A DNA stretch of 64,000 bases from Oscillospiraceae bacterium (GTDB lineage: Bacteria; Bacillota; Clostridia; Oscillospirales; Oscillospiraceae): the NCBI GenBank assembly GCA_045640125.1, contig JAZUEL010000040.1, positions 4,305-68,304 of the forward strand, read 5' to 3'. The translations under genes and the position numbers were made by a program. The stretch's first letter is position 1; every line of letters begins with the position of its first letter. The notes under the pieces were generated by a model, which was not told the DNA's origin, made no database searches, and saw nothing but the letters and a program-made list of their open reading frames with translations. This document shows positions 47,021 to 55,852 of the stretch, piece by piece.

Positions 47021-47272
47021 AGAGTTTGAGTGCCGCCGAGCGTACTTCGACGGAGAATAGGGAACCGGGTGCAAATCCCGAACGGTACCGCCACTGTAAG
47101 CGCGGAGACAGCATAACCAGCCCGAAAGGCAGTCATTGGGAAACCGAGAAGACCGTGTGCTGTTGCGGATGCGTAAGTCAGGAGACCTGCTCAGATGTTT
47201 TGGAACGGAGCCTGCGCGTATGGGCTTTGTCCATGTCACGATAAAACGGCCGTGGCAGCTGGATGCTGCTGC
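47021..47272 (+). promoter_or_regulatory. Cobalamin (B12) riboswitch with terminator expression platform
   Basis: Conserved core AATAGGGAACCGGGTGCAAATCCCGAACGGTACCGCCACTGTAA (47056-47099), a second CAGTCATTGGGAAACCG element and the B12-box-like AGTCAGGAGACCTGC (47175-47191). It is followed by the hairpin CCGTGGCAGC/GCTGCTGCGG plus T7 (47240-47272). Confidence 0.85.
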
Positions 47273-47298
47273 GGTTTTTTTATGAGGAGGAATGTAAT

Positions 47299-48186
47299 TT
47301 GCCGGATGAGTTTTCGCGTTGTCATCCTCTGGTGAATTTCCTGTATTTCTGCTTTGTGATCGGATTTGCTATGTTTTGTCTGCATCCGATATGCCTCGGC
47401 TTGTCTTTGCTTGTTTCGCTTCTGTATGCCGCCCGTCTTACAGGAGGGAAAAGTCTGCGAACGCTTCGACGGCTTCTTCCGTTTGCGGCGTTTGCGGTAC
47501 TGCTCAATGCGGGCTTCAACCACGCGGGACTGACAGTGCTTTTCTATCTGCCCACCGGCAACCCTGTGACTGGGGAGAGTATCCTCTACGGTGTGGCATC
47601 GGCGGCTATGCTCGCCTCGGTTTTGCTTTGGTTTATCTGCTGGTCGGCGGTGATGAGCTCTGATAAGTTTTTATATCTTTTCGGTCGCGTCATTCCGTCG
47701 CTGTCTCTGGTTTTAAGCATGACGATGCGCTTTATCCCGCGCTTCAAAGCGCAGTTTGAGAGTGTATGGGAAAGTCAAAAAGCTCTGGGGAATGAGCCGG
47801 ACGGAGAAGGTCTTCTCACACGGCTGAGGCACGTGCTGCAATGCTTTTCGGCGGTCATCACATGGTCGCTGGAAAACACCGTGGATACAGCGGATTCCAT
47901 GCGTGCCCGCGGCTATGGAACGGCACGGCGGACGTGCTATACGAATTATCGCATGGATGAACGGGATCGCACGCTGCTGCTATGGATCTGCGCCTGCGGT
48001 ATATTCCTCATCTGCGGCTGCGCTGCCAAAGGGCTGGATTGGCGCTGGTTTCCGAACGTGCAGGGAATGCTTTGGCAGCCCTTGACGATCATCCTGTATC
48101 TGGACTATGCCGTGCTGGCAGCTACACCGCTGTTGCTGGATTGGAAGTGCAAAAAATCATGGAATGCTTTGTCATCGACAATTTAA
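47299..48186 (+). CDS. Energy-coupling factor transporter transmembrane (T) component, CbiQ/EcfT family
   Basis: Polytopic membrane protein with a CbiQ-like C-terminal Ala-Arg-Gly region (ADSMRARGYG). In-frame TTG at 47299, 9 nt after an AGGAGG RBS. The ORF-track start at 47263 lies inside the terminator T-run. Confidence 0.75.
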   Translation: MPDEFSRCHPLVNFLYFCFVIGFAMFCLHPICLGLSLLVSLLYAARLTGGKSLRTLRRLLPFAAFAVLLNAGFNHAGLTVLFYLPTGNPVTGESILYGVASAAMLASVLLWFICWSAVMSSDKFLYLFGRVIPSLSLVLSMTMRFIPRFKAQFESVWESQKALGNEPDGEGLLTRLRHVLQCFSAVITWSLENTVDTADSMRARGYGTARRTCYTNYRMDERDRTLLLWICACGIFLICGCAAKGLDWRWFPNVQGMLWQPLTIILYLDYAVLAATPLLLDWKCKKSWNALSSTI

Positions 48187-50786
48187 CATTTCACTACCCG
48201 GGAAGCTCGAGCCCGTCGTTGGATTCGGTCGGTTTGTCGGTCGAAGAGGGGGACTTTTTTGTCCTTTGCGGTTCGTCGGGGAGCGGAAAATCCACACTGC
48301 TCCGGCACATGAAACCGGCACTGGCTCCGCATGGGGAACAAAGCGGCTCGATATACTATGGCGGTCGCCCGCTTTCTGAGCTGACCGATTTTGCACAGGC
48401 TTCCGAGATCGGATTTGTGATGCAGTCGCCCGAGAATCAGCTCGTGACGGATAAGGTCTGGCATGAGCTTGCGTTCGGCGCTGAAAGTCTCGGGATGGAG
48501 AGCGAGCTCATTCGTCGCCGTGTCGCGGAAATGGCATCGTTTTTTGGGATTGAGAATTGGTATTACCGGAATGTTTCCGAGCTTTCCGGCGGGCAGAAGC
48601 AGCTTCTGGCGCTTGCGTCTGTCATGGTGCTGCAGCCCAAGGTGCTGCTTCTGGACGAGCCGACGGCGCAGCTTGACCCTGTCGCGGCAGCGGATTTTTT
48701 GCAGACGCTTCAGCGCATCCATCGGGAACTCGGGACGACGGTCATTCTCAGCGAGCACCATCTGGAGCAGGTGCTGCCGATGGCGACGAAGGCGGCGCTG
48801 CTGGACAAGGGGCATATTCTGTTTTCCGGAACACCGCGCGAGCTTGGCGCATATCTGCGAACGGAAAAGAACGGGATGTTTGATGCCATGCCAGCTGCCA
48901 TGCGGATCTGGGCTGCGCTGAACGGCGCGGGAGAATGTCCGCTGTCCGTCCACGAAGGACGCGCGTTTGTGACGGACTATGCCGCTGACAGGGAGCTCAC
49001 GCCGCTCGCGCCGGAAAGGGTGTCTGAGGGCGGGGAGGAGCGAATCTGCGCATCTGGGCTGTTTTTCCGCTATGAAAAGGACGGCGCGGAGCTCATAAAG
49101 GGTCTGGACTTTTCGGCACACGCAGGCGAGCTCGTCTGCATCCTCGGAGGAAACGGAAGCGGCAAGACGACGACCTTGAAACTCCTGGCGGGTTTGAAGA
49201 AAGCACAACGCGGTGAGATCATGCAAGACGGAAAGATCGCCATGCTCCCGCAGGACCCGCGGACTCTATTTGTAAAAAACACGGTGCGCGAGGATCTGGA
49301 ACAGGCACTCGCCCGCACGGATTGCGCCGAGTCGGACGCGCTGTGTCGTCTGTTGGAAATGACGGAACTGTGCCGCATTTCCGACCTGCTGGAGCGGCAC
49401 CCCTACGATCTCTCCGGCGGGGAGCAGCAGCGGGCGGCGCTGGCAAAGCTGCTGCTTCTCTCGCCTCAAATCCTCCTGCTCGACGAGCCGACCAAGGGGC
49501 TGGATGTTGCCTTTAAGCGCGAGTTTGCCGCCATTCTCAACACGTTGAAGCGGCAGGGGAAATGTATCGTCATGGTGAGCCATGACATCGATTTCTGCGC
49601 CTGCTATGCCGACCGCTGCGCACTCCTGTTCGACGGCAATATCGTCGCATCGGGCACGCCGCGTGCATTTTTCTCCGGCAACGGCTTTTATACTACGGCG
49701 ACCAACCGCATGATGCGGGGGCTCAGGCCGGATGCGGTCACGGCGGAGGATGCCGTTGCCGTGCTGGGCGGAACACTTCCGGAGTGGGAGGGGGATGCCG
49801 TTTCGGAAATACCGCAGCTTGCGCCGAGAGATTCAGTGCCGGAGAAACACACGGCTCCGCGCTGGAAACGCATCGGTGCGTGGGTATCGGGACTGGGGGC
49901 GCTGGCTGTGATGCTGCGATCCGCTCAAAGCGGCGCGTGGAACGCAATGACGGACGGGGTAAGCCTCTCGTGGAACGTCGGCGGACTTCTGTATGGTGCT
50001 TTGTTTTTGCTTTTCCTGGTTGCATTGGCATACTTCACAGCAAACAACGCAAAGGATTATTCTATCGCGACGGCAAGGAAAACGCCCCTTTCCGCCAGGA
50101 CAAAATGGCTTGTGACGCTGTCACTTCTGCTGATTCCCGTGACACTTTTTCTGTGTGTGTCACTATCGGAGAAAAAGCAGTATTATCTCACCTCGCTTCT
50201 CGTTTTGCTCGAATGTATGCTGCCGTTTTTCCTCGTGTTTGAGGGGCGCAGACCCAAAGCCCGTGAGCTGGTTTTGCTGGCGTGCCTCTGCGCGCTGAAT
50301 GTGGCGGGACGCGCTGCGTTTTTCATGCTGCCGGAGTTTAAGCCGGTCGTGGCGATGACGATCATCGCGGCGCTTGCCTTCGGCGGCGAGACGGGTTTTC
50401 TGGTCGGTGCGGTCACGATGCTTGTCTCCAATATGCTCTTTTCACAGGGACCGTGGACACCGTGGCAGATGTTTGCTGTGGGCTTGATCGGCTTTCTGGC
50501 GGGGCTGTTGGCTCGGAGCGGCTTGCTGCGCTCCCGCTTTTCGCTGTGCCTGTTCGGCGCTGTCAGCACGCTGGTCGTGTACGGCGGCATCCTGAACGGT
50601 GCAACGGCGCTGATCTGGGGTGGGGAGAGCTTGAATTTCCAAACGCTTGCGGGCTATTATATTGCCGGTTTACCGATGGATATTATCCACGCCATGTCCA
50701 CCGCGCTGTTTCTTTGGTTTGCCGCAGAGCCCCTGCAAAAGAAACTGGAGCGACTGAAAGAAAAATATGGGTTAATTTCCCTGTAA
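48159..50786 (+). CDS. Fused ECF transporter protein: two ABC ATPase domains (EcfA-EcfA') plus a C-terminal S-component-like membrane domain
   Basis: Walker A twice (GSSGSGKST; GGNGSGKTT), signature motifs LSGGQKQ and LSGGEQQ, and Walker B LLLDEPT twice. The last ~300 aa are polytopic membrane segments (e.g. FKPVVAMTIIAALAFGGETGFLVGAVTMLVSNMLF). The ATG at 48159 (MECFVIDNLTFHY) was chosen over the ORF-track start at 47982. Confidence 0.8.
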   Translation: MECFVIDNLTFHYPGSSSPSLDSVGLSVEEGDFFVLCGSSGSGKSTLLRHMKPALAPHGEQSGSIYYGGRPLSELTDFAQASEIGFVMQSPENQLVTDKVWHELAFGAESLGMESELIRRRVAEMASFFGIENWYYRNVSELSGGQKQLLALASVMVLQPKVLLLDEPTAQLDPVAAADFLQTLQRIHRELGTTVILSEHHLEQVLPMATKAALLDKGHILFSGTPRELGAYLRTEKNGMFDAMPAAMRIWAALNGAGECPLSVHEGRAFVTDYAADRELTPLAPERVSEGGEERICASGLFFRYEKDGAELIKGLDFSAHAGELVCILGGNGSGKTTTLKLLAGLKKAQRGEIMQDGKIAMLPQDPRTLFVKNTVREDLEQALARTDCAESDALCRLLEMTELCRISDLLERHPYDLSGGEQQRAALAKLLLLSPQILLLDEPTKGLDVAFKREFAAILNTLKRQGKCIVMVSHDIDFCACYADRCALLFDGNIVASGTPRAFFSGNGFYTTATNRMMRGLRPDAVTAEDAVAVLGGTLPEWEGDAVSEIPQLAPRDSVPEKHTAPRWKRIGAWVSGLGALAVMLRSAQSGAWNAMTDGVSLSWNVGGLLYGALFLLFLVALAYFTANNAKDYSIATARKTPLSARTKWLVTLSLLLIPVTLFLCVSLSEKKQYYLTSLLVLLECMLPFFLVFEGRRPKARELVLLACLCALNVAGRAAFFMLPEFKPVVAMTIIAALAFGGETGFLVGAVTMLVSNMLFSQGPWTPWQMFAVGLIGFLAGLLARSGLLRSRFSLCLFGAVSTLVVYGGILNGATALIWGGESLNFQTLAGYYIAGLPMDIIHAMSTALFLWFAAEPLQKKLERLKEKYGLISL

Positions 50787-50800
50787 AATGTTTGAAATTA

Positions 50801-50840
50801 GCGCAAAACGGAGAAAAACATTCCGTTTTGCGCTTTATTA
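50801..50840 (+). terminator. Intrinsic terminator after the ECF operon
   Basis: 12-bp stem GCGCAAAACGGA / TCCGTTTTGCGC followed by TTTATT. Confidence 0.75.
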
Positions 50841-50863
50841 TGCTATAGTGAGTAAAAAGGCAG

Positions 50864-52294
50864 GTGAGATCATCGGTGGAGCGTAATCTTAAAACTTTGT
50901 CATCTATCGGACAGCCAAAGGCCGGACGGCTTTTGATGGTGCTCTTCTACCTGCTTTTGTATGTGCTGAATATTATCCTGATGTTTGTCTTTCATATCGA
51001 CCGCACTTTTAGTGCGATGATCGACAGCGTCTTAATTGCGGTTGCGATGACCTTTCTGTTCCTGCTCTTGTTCAATGTCGTTTATGGGGAGACGATCTAT
51101 GAGGAACAGGACAGAAAATTTGCTTTGTTTGTGGTATTGGATTATTTATCCTGCTTTACTGCATCCTGCGTCTATGCGGTGAACGGTCTCCCGCAGTACA
51201 GCCACATGAATTTTATTTCCATGTCGCTTTCCGTCATTTTTTCGATCCTGAGCTGCATGGCGTTCTGGTTTTACGTCGGCGATTATTTTGCCCTGGGTAA
51301 AATGAAAAATCGTTTCTCTGTCACCGTGACCGTATACATGTCGCTGTATATTCTGGGCATCCTGAGCAATTTCCTGAGCAAGAAATTCTTCTTTGTTGAT
51401 GCGGATGGTTTTATGGCTTATACGCCTTACTCCGCCCTCGGTTCTATCTGGTGCGCCCTGCTTTATATGCACTATTTTATCTGTATATTGCGTTCAAAAC
51501 TGAATAAACGCATCAAATACTCGCTGGCGACCTATAGTATGTTTCCGATGTTCGCGCTTTTGATTGCGTGGCTGTTTGAAGCAAAGCGGCTTGATTTCAA
51601 CTACCTCCCGTTTTTTCCAATCTGCGATGTACTGTCGTATTATCTGATTTTCTTCAATGTCTTTCAGACTCGCAGCCGTCAGATCGTCGAAAAGGAACGG
51701 CAGCTTGCAGAGATGAAGCTGAATGCCATGCAGCTTCAGATCAATCCGCATTTTATTTACAATACGCTTGGCTCCATCGAGAGCCTCTGCGTCACCGACC
51801 CCGCACAGGCACAGACCTTGGTGCGCGATTTCTCCGATTATCTGCGTGGGGGCTATGCGGAAATGGTGAATGAGACCATGGTTTCCATCGAGAAGGAGAT
51901 CGAGACCGTTCAAAGCTATCTGGCTGTTGAGCGGGTGCGTTTTCCGAACATCAAGGTCGAATACAATCTTCGGTCCAAGAATTTTTATCTGCCGGGACTA
52001 TCCGTGCAGCCACTGGTGGAAAATGCGGTCATGCACGGAATATGCAAACGGCGGAAAAGCGTCGGAAAGATTGTGATTGAAACCTATGAAACACCCGATG
52101 CCTTTCATGTCTGCATCCGTGACGACGGAGTCGGCTTTGAAACGGAACAAGCAAATGACGGCCGCCAACACATCGGCTTGCAGAATGTTCGTGGGCGTTT
52201 GTCGCTGCTCTGCGGAGGCGGTCTCACCGTGAGCAGCGTGCCCGACAAAGGGACTGTGGCGGAAATCAATATTCCGAAGGAGGAACAGGAATGA
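50864..52294 (+). CDS. Sensor histidine kinase, LytS/YesM type (His_kinase + HATPase_c) with a multi-pass membrane sensor domain
   Basis: Seven to eight hydrophobic helices are followed by LNAMQLQINPHFIYNTLGSI (PF06580-type phosphoacceptor region) and an ATPase domain (LVENAVMHGI, DDGVGF, GLQNV). Start is uncertain: GTG at 50864 or ATG at 50936. Confidence 0.8.
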   Translation: MRSSVERNLKTLSSIGQPKAGRLLMVLFYLLLYVLNIILMFVFHIDRTFSAMIDSVLIAVAMTFLFLLLFNVVYGETIYEEQDRKFALFVVLDYLSCFTASCVYAVNGLPQYSHMNFISMSLSVIFSILSCMAFWFYVGDYFALGKMKNRFSVTVTVYMSLYILGILSNFLSKKFFFVDADGFMAYTPYSALGSIWCALLYMHYFICILRSKLNKRIKYSLATYSMFPMFALLIAWLFEAKRLDFNYLPFFPICDVLSYYLIFFNVFQTRSRQIVEKERQLAEMKLNAMQLQINPHFIYNTLGSIESLCVTDPAQAQTLVRDFSDYLRGGYAEMVNETMVSIEKEIETVQSYLAVERVRFPNIKVEYNLRSKNFYLPGLSVQPLVENAVMHGICKRRKSVGKIVIETYETPDAFHVCIRDDGVGFETEQANDGRQHIGLQNVRGRLSLLCGGGLTVSSVPDKGTVAEINIPKEEQE

Positions 52295-53025
52295 CGGCCT
52301 TATGTGTGGATGATGAGGTGCTGCTGCTGAACGCGCTGAAACGTGCCGTGGAGCAGTCGCCGGATATCGACCGTGTCATCGCGTTTGATGATGAGTTCGA
52401 CGCGATGGATTGGGCGGAGCATAACCGCTTTGATGTAGCTTTTCTCGATATCCAGCTGCATGGGATGAGCGGCATTGAACTGGCAAAGCGACTGCACGAG
52501 ATGAATCCGAAGCTCCCGATCATCTTCTGCACCGGCTATATGGATTATGCGCTGGATGCCTTTCGTGTCCACGCCTCCGGCTATCTTATGAAGCCGATCT
52601 CCGGGCAAAAGGTGCAGGAGGAGTTGAATCAGATCAAGGTTCTCACCGAAAAAAAGTATTTGTTGACCGTGTGTTGCTACGGTCACTTTACCGTGTATAA
52701 TGCGAACGGTGTTCCGCTTGATTTTATGCGCAGCCGCGCCAAAGAGCTTTTGGCTCTGCTGGTGGCACAGAACGGAAAACCGATCGGTTCGCGTGAAATT
52801 TGCGAGCGCCTGTTCGGGGAGTCGGACGGTGAGCCGGACTCCAAAGACCGCAATCACTTCTACAAGCTGATCCGCGAGCTGAGCCGTGTGTTGACCGAAG
52901 CAGGCGCGGCGCGCGTTCTCTTAAAGTCCGGCGGAGTCTATTGCCTTGATATGGAGCTGATCCGCAAGGATAATACACTTCGAGGCAAAGAACCCTATAT
53001 GGCAGGATATAACTGGGCAGTATAA
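52291..53025 (+). CDS. Response regulator with a winged-helix (SARP/OmpR-like) output domain
   Basis: Receiver domain (ALCVDDE...DVAFLDIQLHGMSGIEL...IIFCTGY...YLMKP). C-terminal part: YGHFTVYNANGVPLDFMRSRAKELLALLVAQNGKPIGSREICERLF...FYKLIRELSRVL...GVYCLD. ATGA overlap with the kinase stop. Confidence 0.75.
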   Translation: MTALCVDDEVLLLNALKRAVEQSPDIDRVIAFDDEFDAMDWAEHNRFDVAFLDIQLHGMSGIELAKRLHEMNPKLPIIFCTGYMDYALDAFRVHASGYLMKPISGQKVQEELNQIKVLTEKKYLLTVCCYGHFTVYNANGVPLDFMRSRAKELLALLVAQNGKPIGSREICERLFGESDGEPDSKDRNHFYKLIRELSRVLTEAGAARVLLKSGGVYCLDMELIRKDNTLRGKEPYMAGYNWAV

Positions 53026-53034
53026 AAAAGCTCC

Positions 53035-53070
53035 TCGATCACAGGATCGGGGAGCTTTCTATCAATTTAT
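53035..53070. terminator. Bidirectional hairpin between the response regulator gene and the convergent HerA-like gene
   Basis: Imperfect stem AAAGCTCCTCGATC / GATCGGGGAGCTTT with loop ACAG. Confidence 0.6.
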
Positions 53071-54695
53071 TTGATATTGCCGAAAAAGCCGCGGACGATG
53101 GATTTTGCGCCGGAGCGCATCACAGTGCTGAGAGCGGTGCTGGCAGCCCGCTTTCCGATGGTGGCGGCGCTGGTCTTCTTCCCGCCGAGCACGGTGTTGA
53201 CCATGTTGGTCGAGACCGAACGGGCGACGGAGGAGGCGGCGTTGGTTGTGGCGCGTTCGATCACTTTTTTGCGGTCGGATGCCTTTTTGGCGGCTTCCTT
53301 TTCGGCGGCAGCGGCTTCCTTGGCGGCTTGTTTTTCCGCGGCGGCGGCTTCCTTGGCAGCCAACTTCTCCTGCGCGGCAAGCTCGGCTTCCTGTTGCTGC
53401 TGCAAGGCAAGCTCTTCAGAGGCTTTTGTCAGAATCTCGTAAGCGGATTCTCGGTCAACGACCTCGCGGTATTTGAGGTCAAATTCGTCGGCGTTCACAA
53501 GACGCGTCACGACGCTTTCCTCGGCGGGGCCCATATAACTCTGGGGCGGCAGAATGAACGAACGCTCCACCACGGTGGGGGTGCCGCTTTCGTCGAGGAA
53601 GCTGACAAGCGCTTCGCCAACGCCAAGCTCAGTCAGCGCCGTCTGAGTGTCAAAGGCGGGGTTGACTCGGAAAGCCTCGGCGGTGGCACGCAGCGATTTC
53701 TGTTCGGCGGGTGTGTAGGCGCGCAGGGCGTGCTGGATGCGGTTGGAGAGCTGCGCCAGTACCTCGTCGGGAATATCAGAGGCGCTCTGGCTGATGAAAT
53801 AGACACCGACTCCCTTGGAGCGGATGAGCTTCACGACCTGCACGATCTTTTGCAGCAGCGCCTTGGGCGCGTCGGCAAAGAGAAGGTGGGCTTCGTCAAA
53901 GAAGAAGATCATGCGGGGCTTCTCCAGATCGCCGACCTCGGGCAGCTTCTCGAAAAGCTCTGTCAGCATCCAGAGCAGGAAGGTGGAATACACCGTCGGG
54001 CTTTGGATCAGCTTGGTGGAGTTGAGGATGTTTATGGTGCCGCGGCCGCTGGTATCTGTTCGCATCCAGTCACGGATGTCGAGCGCAGGCTCGCCGAAAA
54101 ACAGCTCGCCGCCCTCGTCCTCAAAGGCGAGCAGCGCCCGCTGGATCGCTCCGATGCTCGCGGAGGATACGTTGCCGTAGCTGAGTGTGAACTCTGCGCG
54201 GTTTTCTCCGACGTATTGCAGCATGGCACGCAGATCCTTGAGATCGAGCAAAAGCAGACCGTGCTCGTCCGCCACCTTGAACACGATGTTCAGAACACCT
54301 GCCTGGATATCGGTCAGACCGAGAAGCCGAGCCAGCAGCACAGGCCCCATATCGGAGATCGTGACGCGGACGGGATGACCGAACTCGCCCCAGATGTCCC
54401 AGAAGCGGGTGGGGTAGCCCTTGAAGGTGAAGCCGTCAACGCCGAAGCGGTCGATGCGCTCGCGCAGTTCGGCGCTGTCTGCTCCGGGCTGGCAGGTGCC
54501 GGAGAGATCGCCCTTGACATCGGCGAAGAAAACGGGAACGCCCATGTCCGAAAAACCCTCGGCGAGGACCTTCATGGTGGTGGTTTTGCCCGTGCCGGTC
54601 GCGCCGGCGATCAGTCCGTGACGGTTTGCCATCTGAGGAAGAAGATGCTGTTTGGTATCAGAGCTTGCGACCCATATTTTGCCGTTTTCAAGCAT
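53067..54695 (-). CDS. HerA-like helicase domain protein (DUF853 / YjgR family ATPase)
   Basis: [44 protein letters not shown] Walker A context and [11 protein letters not shown] Walker B. Ala/Lys/Glu-rich repeat tail ([27 protein letters not shown]). Confidence 0.8.
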   Translation of the reverse strand: MLENGKIWVASSDTKQHLLPQMANRHGLIAGATGTGKTTTMKVLAEGFSDMGVPVFFADVKGDLSGTCQPGADSAELRERIDRFGVDGFTFKGYPTRFWDIWGEFGHPVRVTISDMGPVLLARLLGLTDIQAGVLNIVFKVADEHGLLLLDLKDLRAMLQYVGENRAEFTLSYGNVSSASIGAIQRALLAFEDEGGELFFGEPALDIRDWMRTDTSGRGTINILNSTKLIQSPTVYSTFLLWMLTELFEKLPEVGDLEKPRMIFFFDEAHLLFADAPKALLQKIVQVVKLIRSKGVGVYFISQSASDIPDEVLAQLSNRIQHALRAYTPAEQKSLRATAEAFRVNPAFDTQTALTELGVGEALVSFLDESGTPTVVERSFILPPQSYMGPAEESVVTRLVNADEFDLKYREVVDRESAYEILTKASEELALQQQQEAELAAQEKLAAKEAAAAEKQAAKEAAAAEKEAAKKASDRKKVIERATTNAASSVARSVSTNMVNTVLGGKKTSAATIGKRAASTALSTVMRSGAKSIVRGFFGNIK

Positions 54696-54839
54696 AGTGT
54701 CGTCTCCTTATGAATTAGTTTTATACTACATATTGTATCACGTTCTTCTGTCCGATACAATAATAATTTATATGGCGGGGAACGCTTTACATTTATTTGT
54801 ATTCGTAATAATATAAAGAAAAACGATGGGAGGATAACC

Positions 54840-55817
54840 ATGAAACGTTTTCTTTCTTTTATTCTGGCTCTGCTCATGATGCTCGCCCTTTGCACGGCGG
54901 CTCTGGCGGAAAATGAGGGCGAGGAGGAGCCCGAACCGACGGAGGTGCCCGGCTCGGCACCGGTCGTGACGAAAAGCCCCACGGATGACTCCGCAAACGA
55001 GGGCGGCAGCGTCCTGTTTATTGCGAAAGCGGACAATGTGGACAGCTACGCCTGGTATTGCACCGTCAACGGCTCGACCTACAGCATGAGTGAAGCGTGT
55101 GCGACCTTCTCGGGGCTGTCCGTCAGCGGCGACGGTACAGGTCGTCTGACGCTTTCCAATGTTCCGCGCGGCCTTTACGGCGCGTCCTTCTTCTGCTCGT
55201 TCACAAATGCTTACGGCACAACGAATTCCGGCTCAGCCACGCTGTATGTTTTGGAGCCGCTTCCGCCGACATCCGCGCCGACCGCGGCACCCGCCCCGAC
55301 CGCTGCGCCGACGCAGGCACCTGCCCCTACGGCTGCGCCCGAGCATGAGCATGAGTTCACCAAGGCGTGGAAATACGATAACGAAACCCACTGGCATGAA
55401 TGCACCTGCGGTGAAAAGGGGGATGAGGCGGCGCATGAGGTCAGCGAATGGGCGACCAATGCGGACGGCTCGCAGCTCGGTGTCTGCCTTGTCTGCGGTG
55501 CCGCTGTGACGAAAGAGGCATCGGCAAATGTGACACCTGCGGTGACTGCGGCTCCGCAGAAAACCGGCTTGAGCCGCAACGGATGGGTGCTTTTGGTGCT
55601 TATGATCGTGGTCGTGCTGGTGCTGGCGACGGGACTGTTCCTGCTGTTCCGTATGCGTGCGCGTGAGGCGAACGCCGGTGCAGCGGAAACGCTTGATGAA
55701 TCCGGCTTTAATCCGGAAAATCCGAATTACAACCCGCGCCATGACGGCATCCACGACGAGGAAGACCGTGCGGAGTATTATCGGCAGCAGCTCGAAAAAT
55801 ACGAAAACCGCAAGTAA
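54840..55817 (+). CDS. Surface/membrane protein: signal peptide, Ig-like region, Pro/Ala/Thr linker, His/Cys cluster, C-terminal TM anchor
   Basis: MKRFLSFILALLMMLALCTAALA signal peptide; PTSAPTAAPAPTAAPTQAPAPTAAP linker; THWHECTCG...GVCLVCG cluster; TM helix GWVLLVLMIVVVLVLATGLFLLF followed by a charged tail. GGGAGG RBS. Confidence 0.6.
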   Translation: MKRFLSFILALLMMLALCTAALAENEGEEEPEPTEVPGSAPVVTKSPTDDSANEGGSVLFIAKADNVDSYAWYCTVNGSTYSMSEACATFSGLSVSGDGTGRLTLSNVPRGLYGASFFCSFTNAYGTTNSGSATLYVLEPLPPTSAPTAAPAPTAAPTQAPAPTAAPEHEHEFTKAWKYDNETHWHECTCGEKGDEAAHEVSEWATNADGSQLGVCLVCGAAVTKEASANVTPAVTAAPQKTGLSRNGWVLLVLMIVVVLVLATGLFLLFRMRAREANAGAAETLDESGFNPENPNYNPRHDGIHDEEDRAEYYRQQLEKYENRK

Positions 55818-55825
55818 TATAAAAA

Positions 55826-55852
55826 TCCACCCGTTTGACGGGTGTATTTTTT
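55826..55852. terminator. Hairpin terminator between convergent genes
   Basis: CACCCG / CGGGTG stem with loop TTTGA, then TATTTTTT. Confidence 0.55.

Noticed and set aside
47982-48158. N-terminal 59-residue extension of the ECF ATPase fusion ORF
   Set aside because: This part overlaps the EcfT coding frame and has an Arg-rich composition. ABC ATPase homology begins at MECFVIDNLTFHY (ATG at 48159), with a short purine-rich tract (GGAAG) 10 nt upstream.
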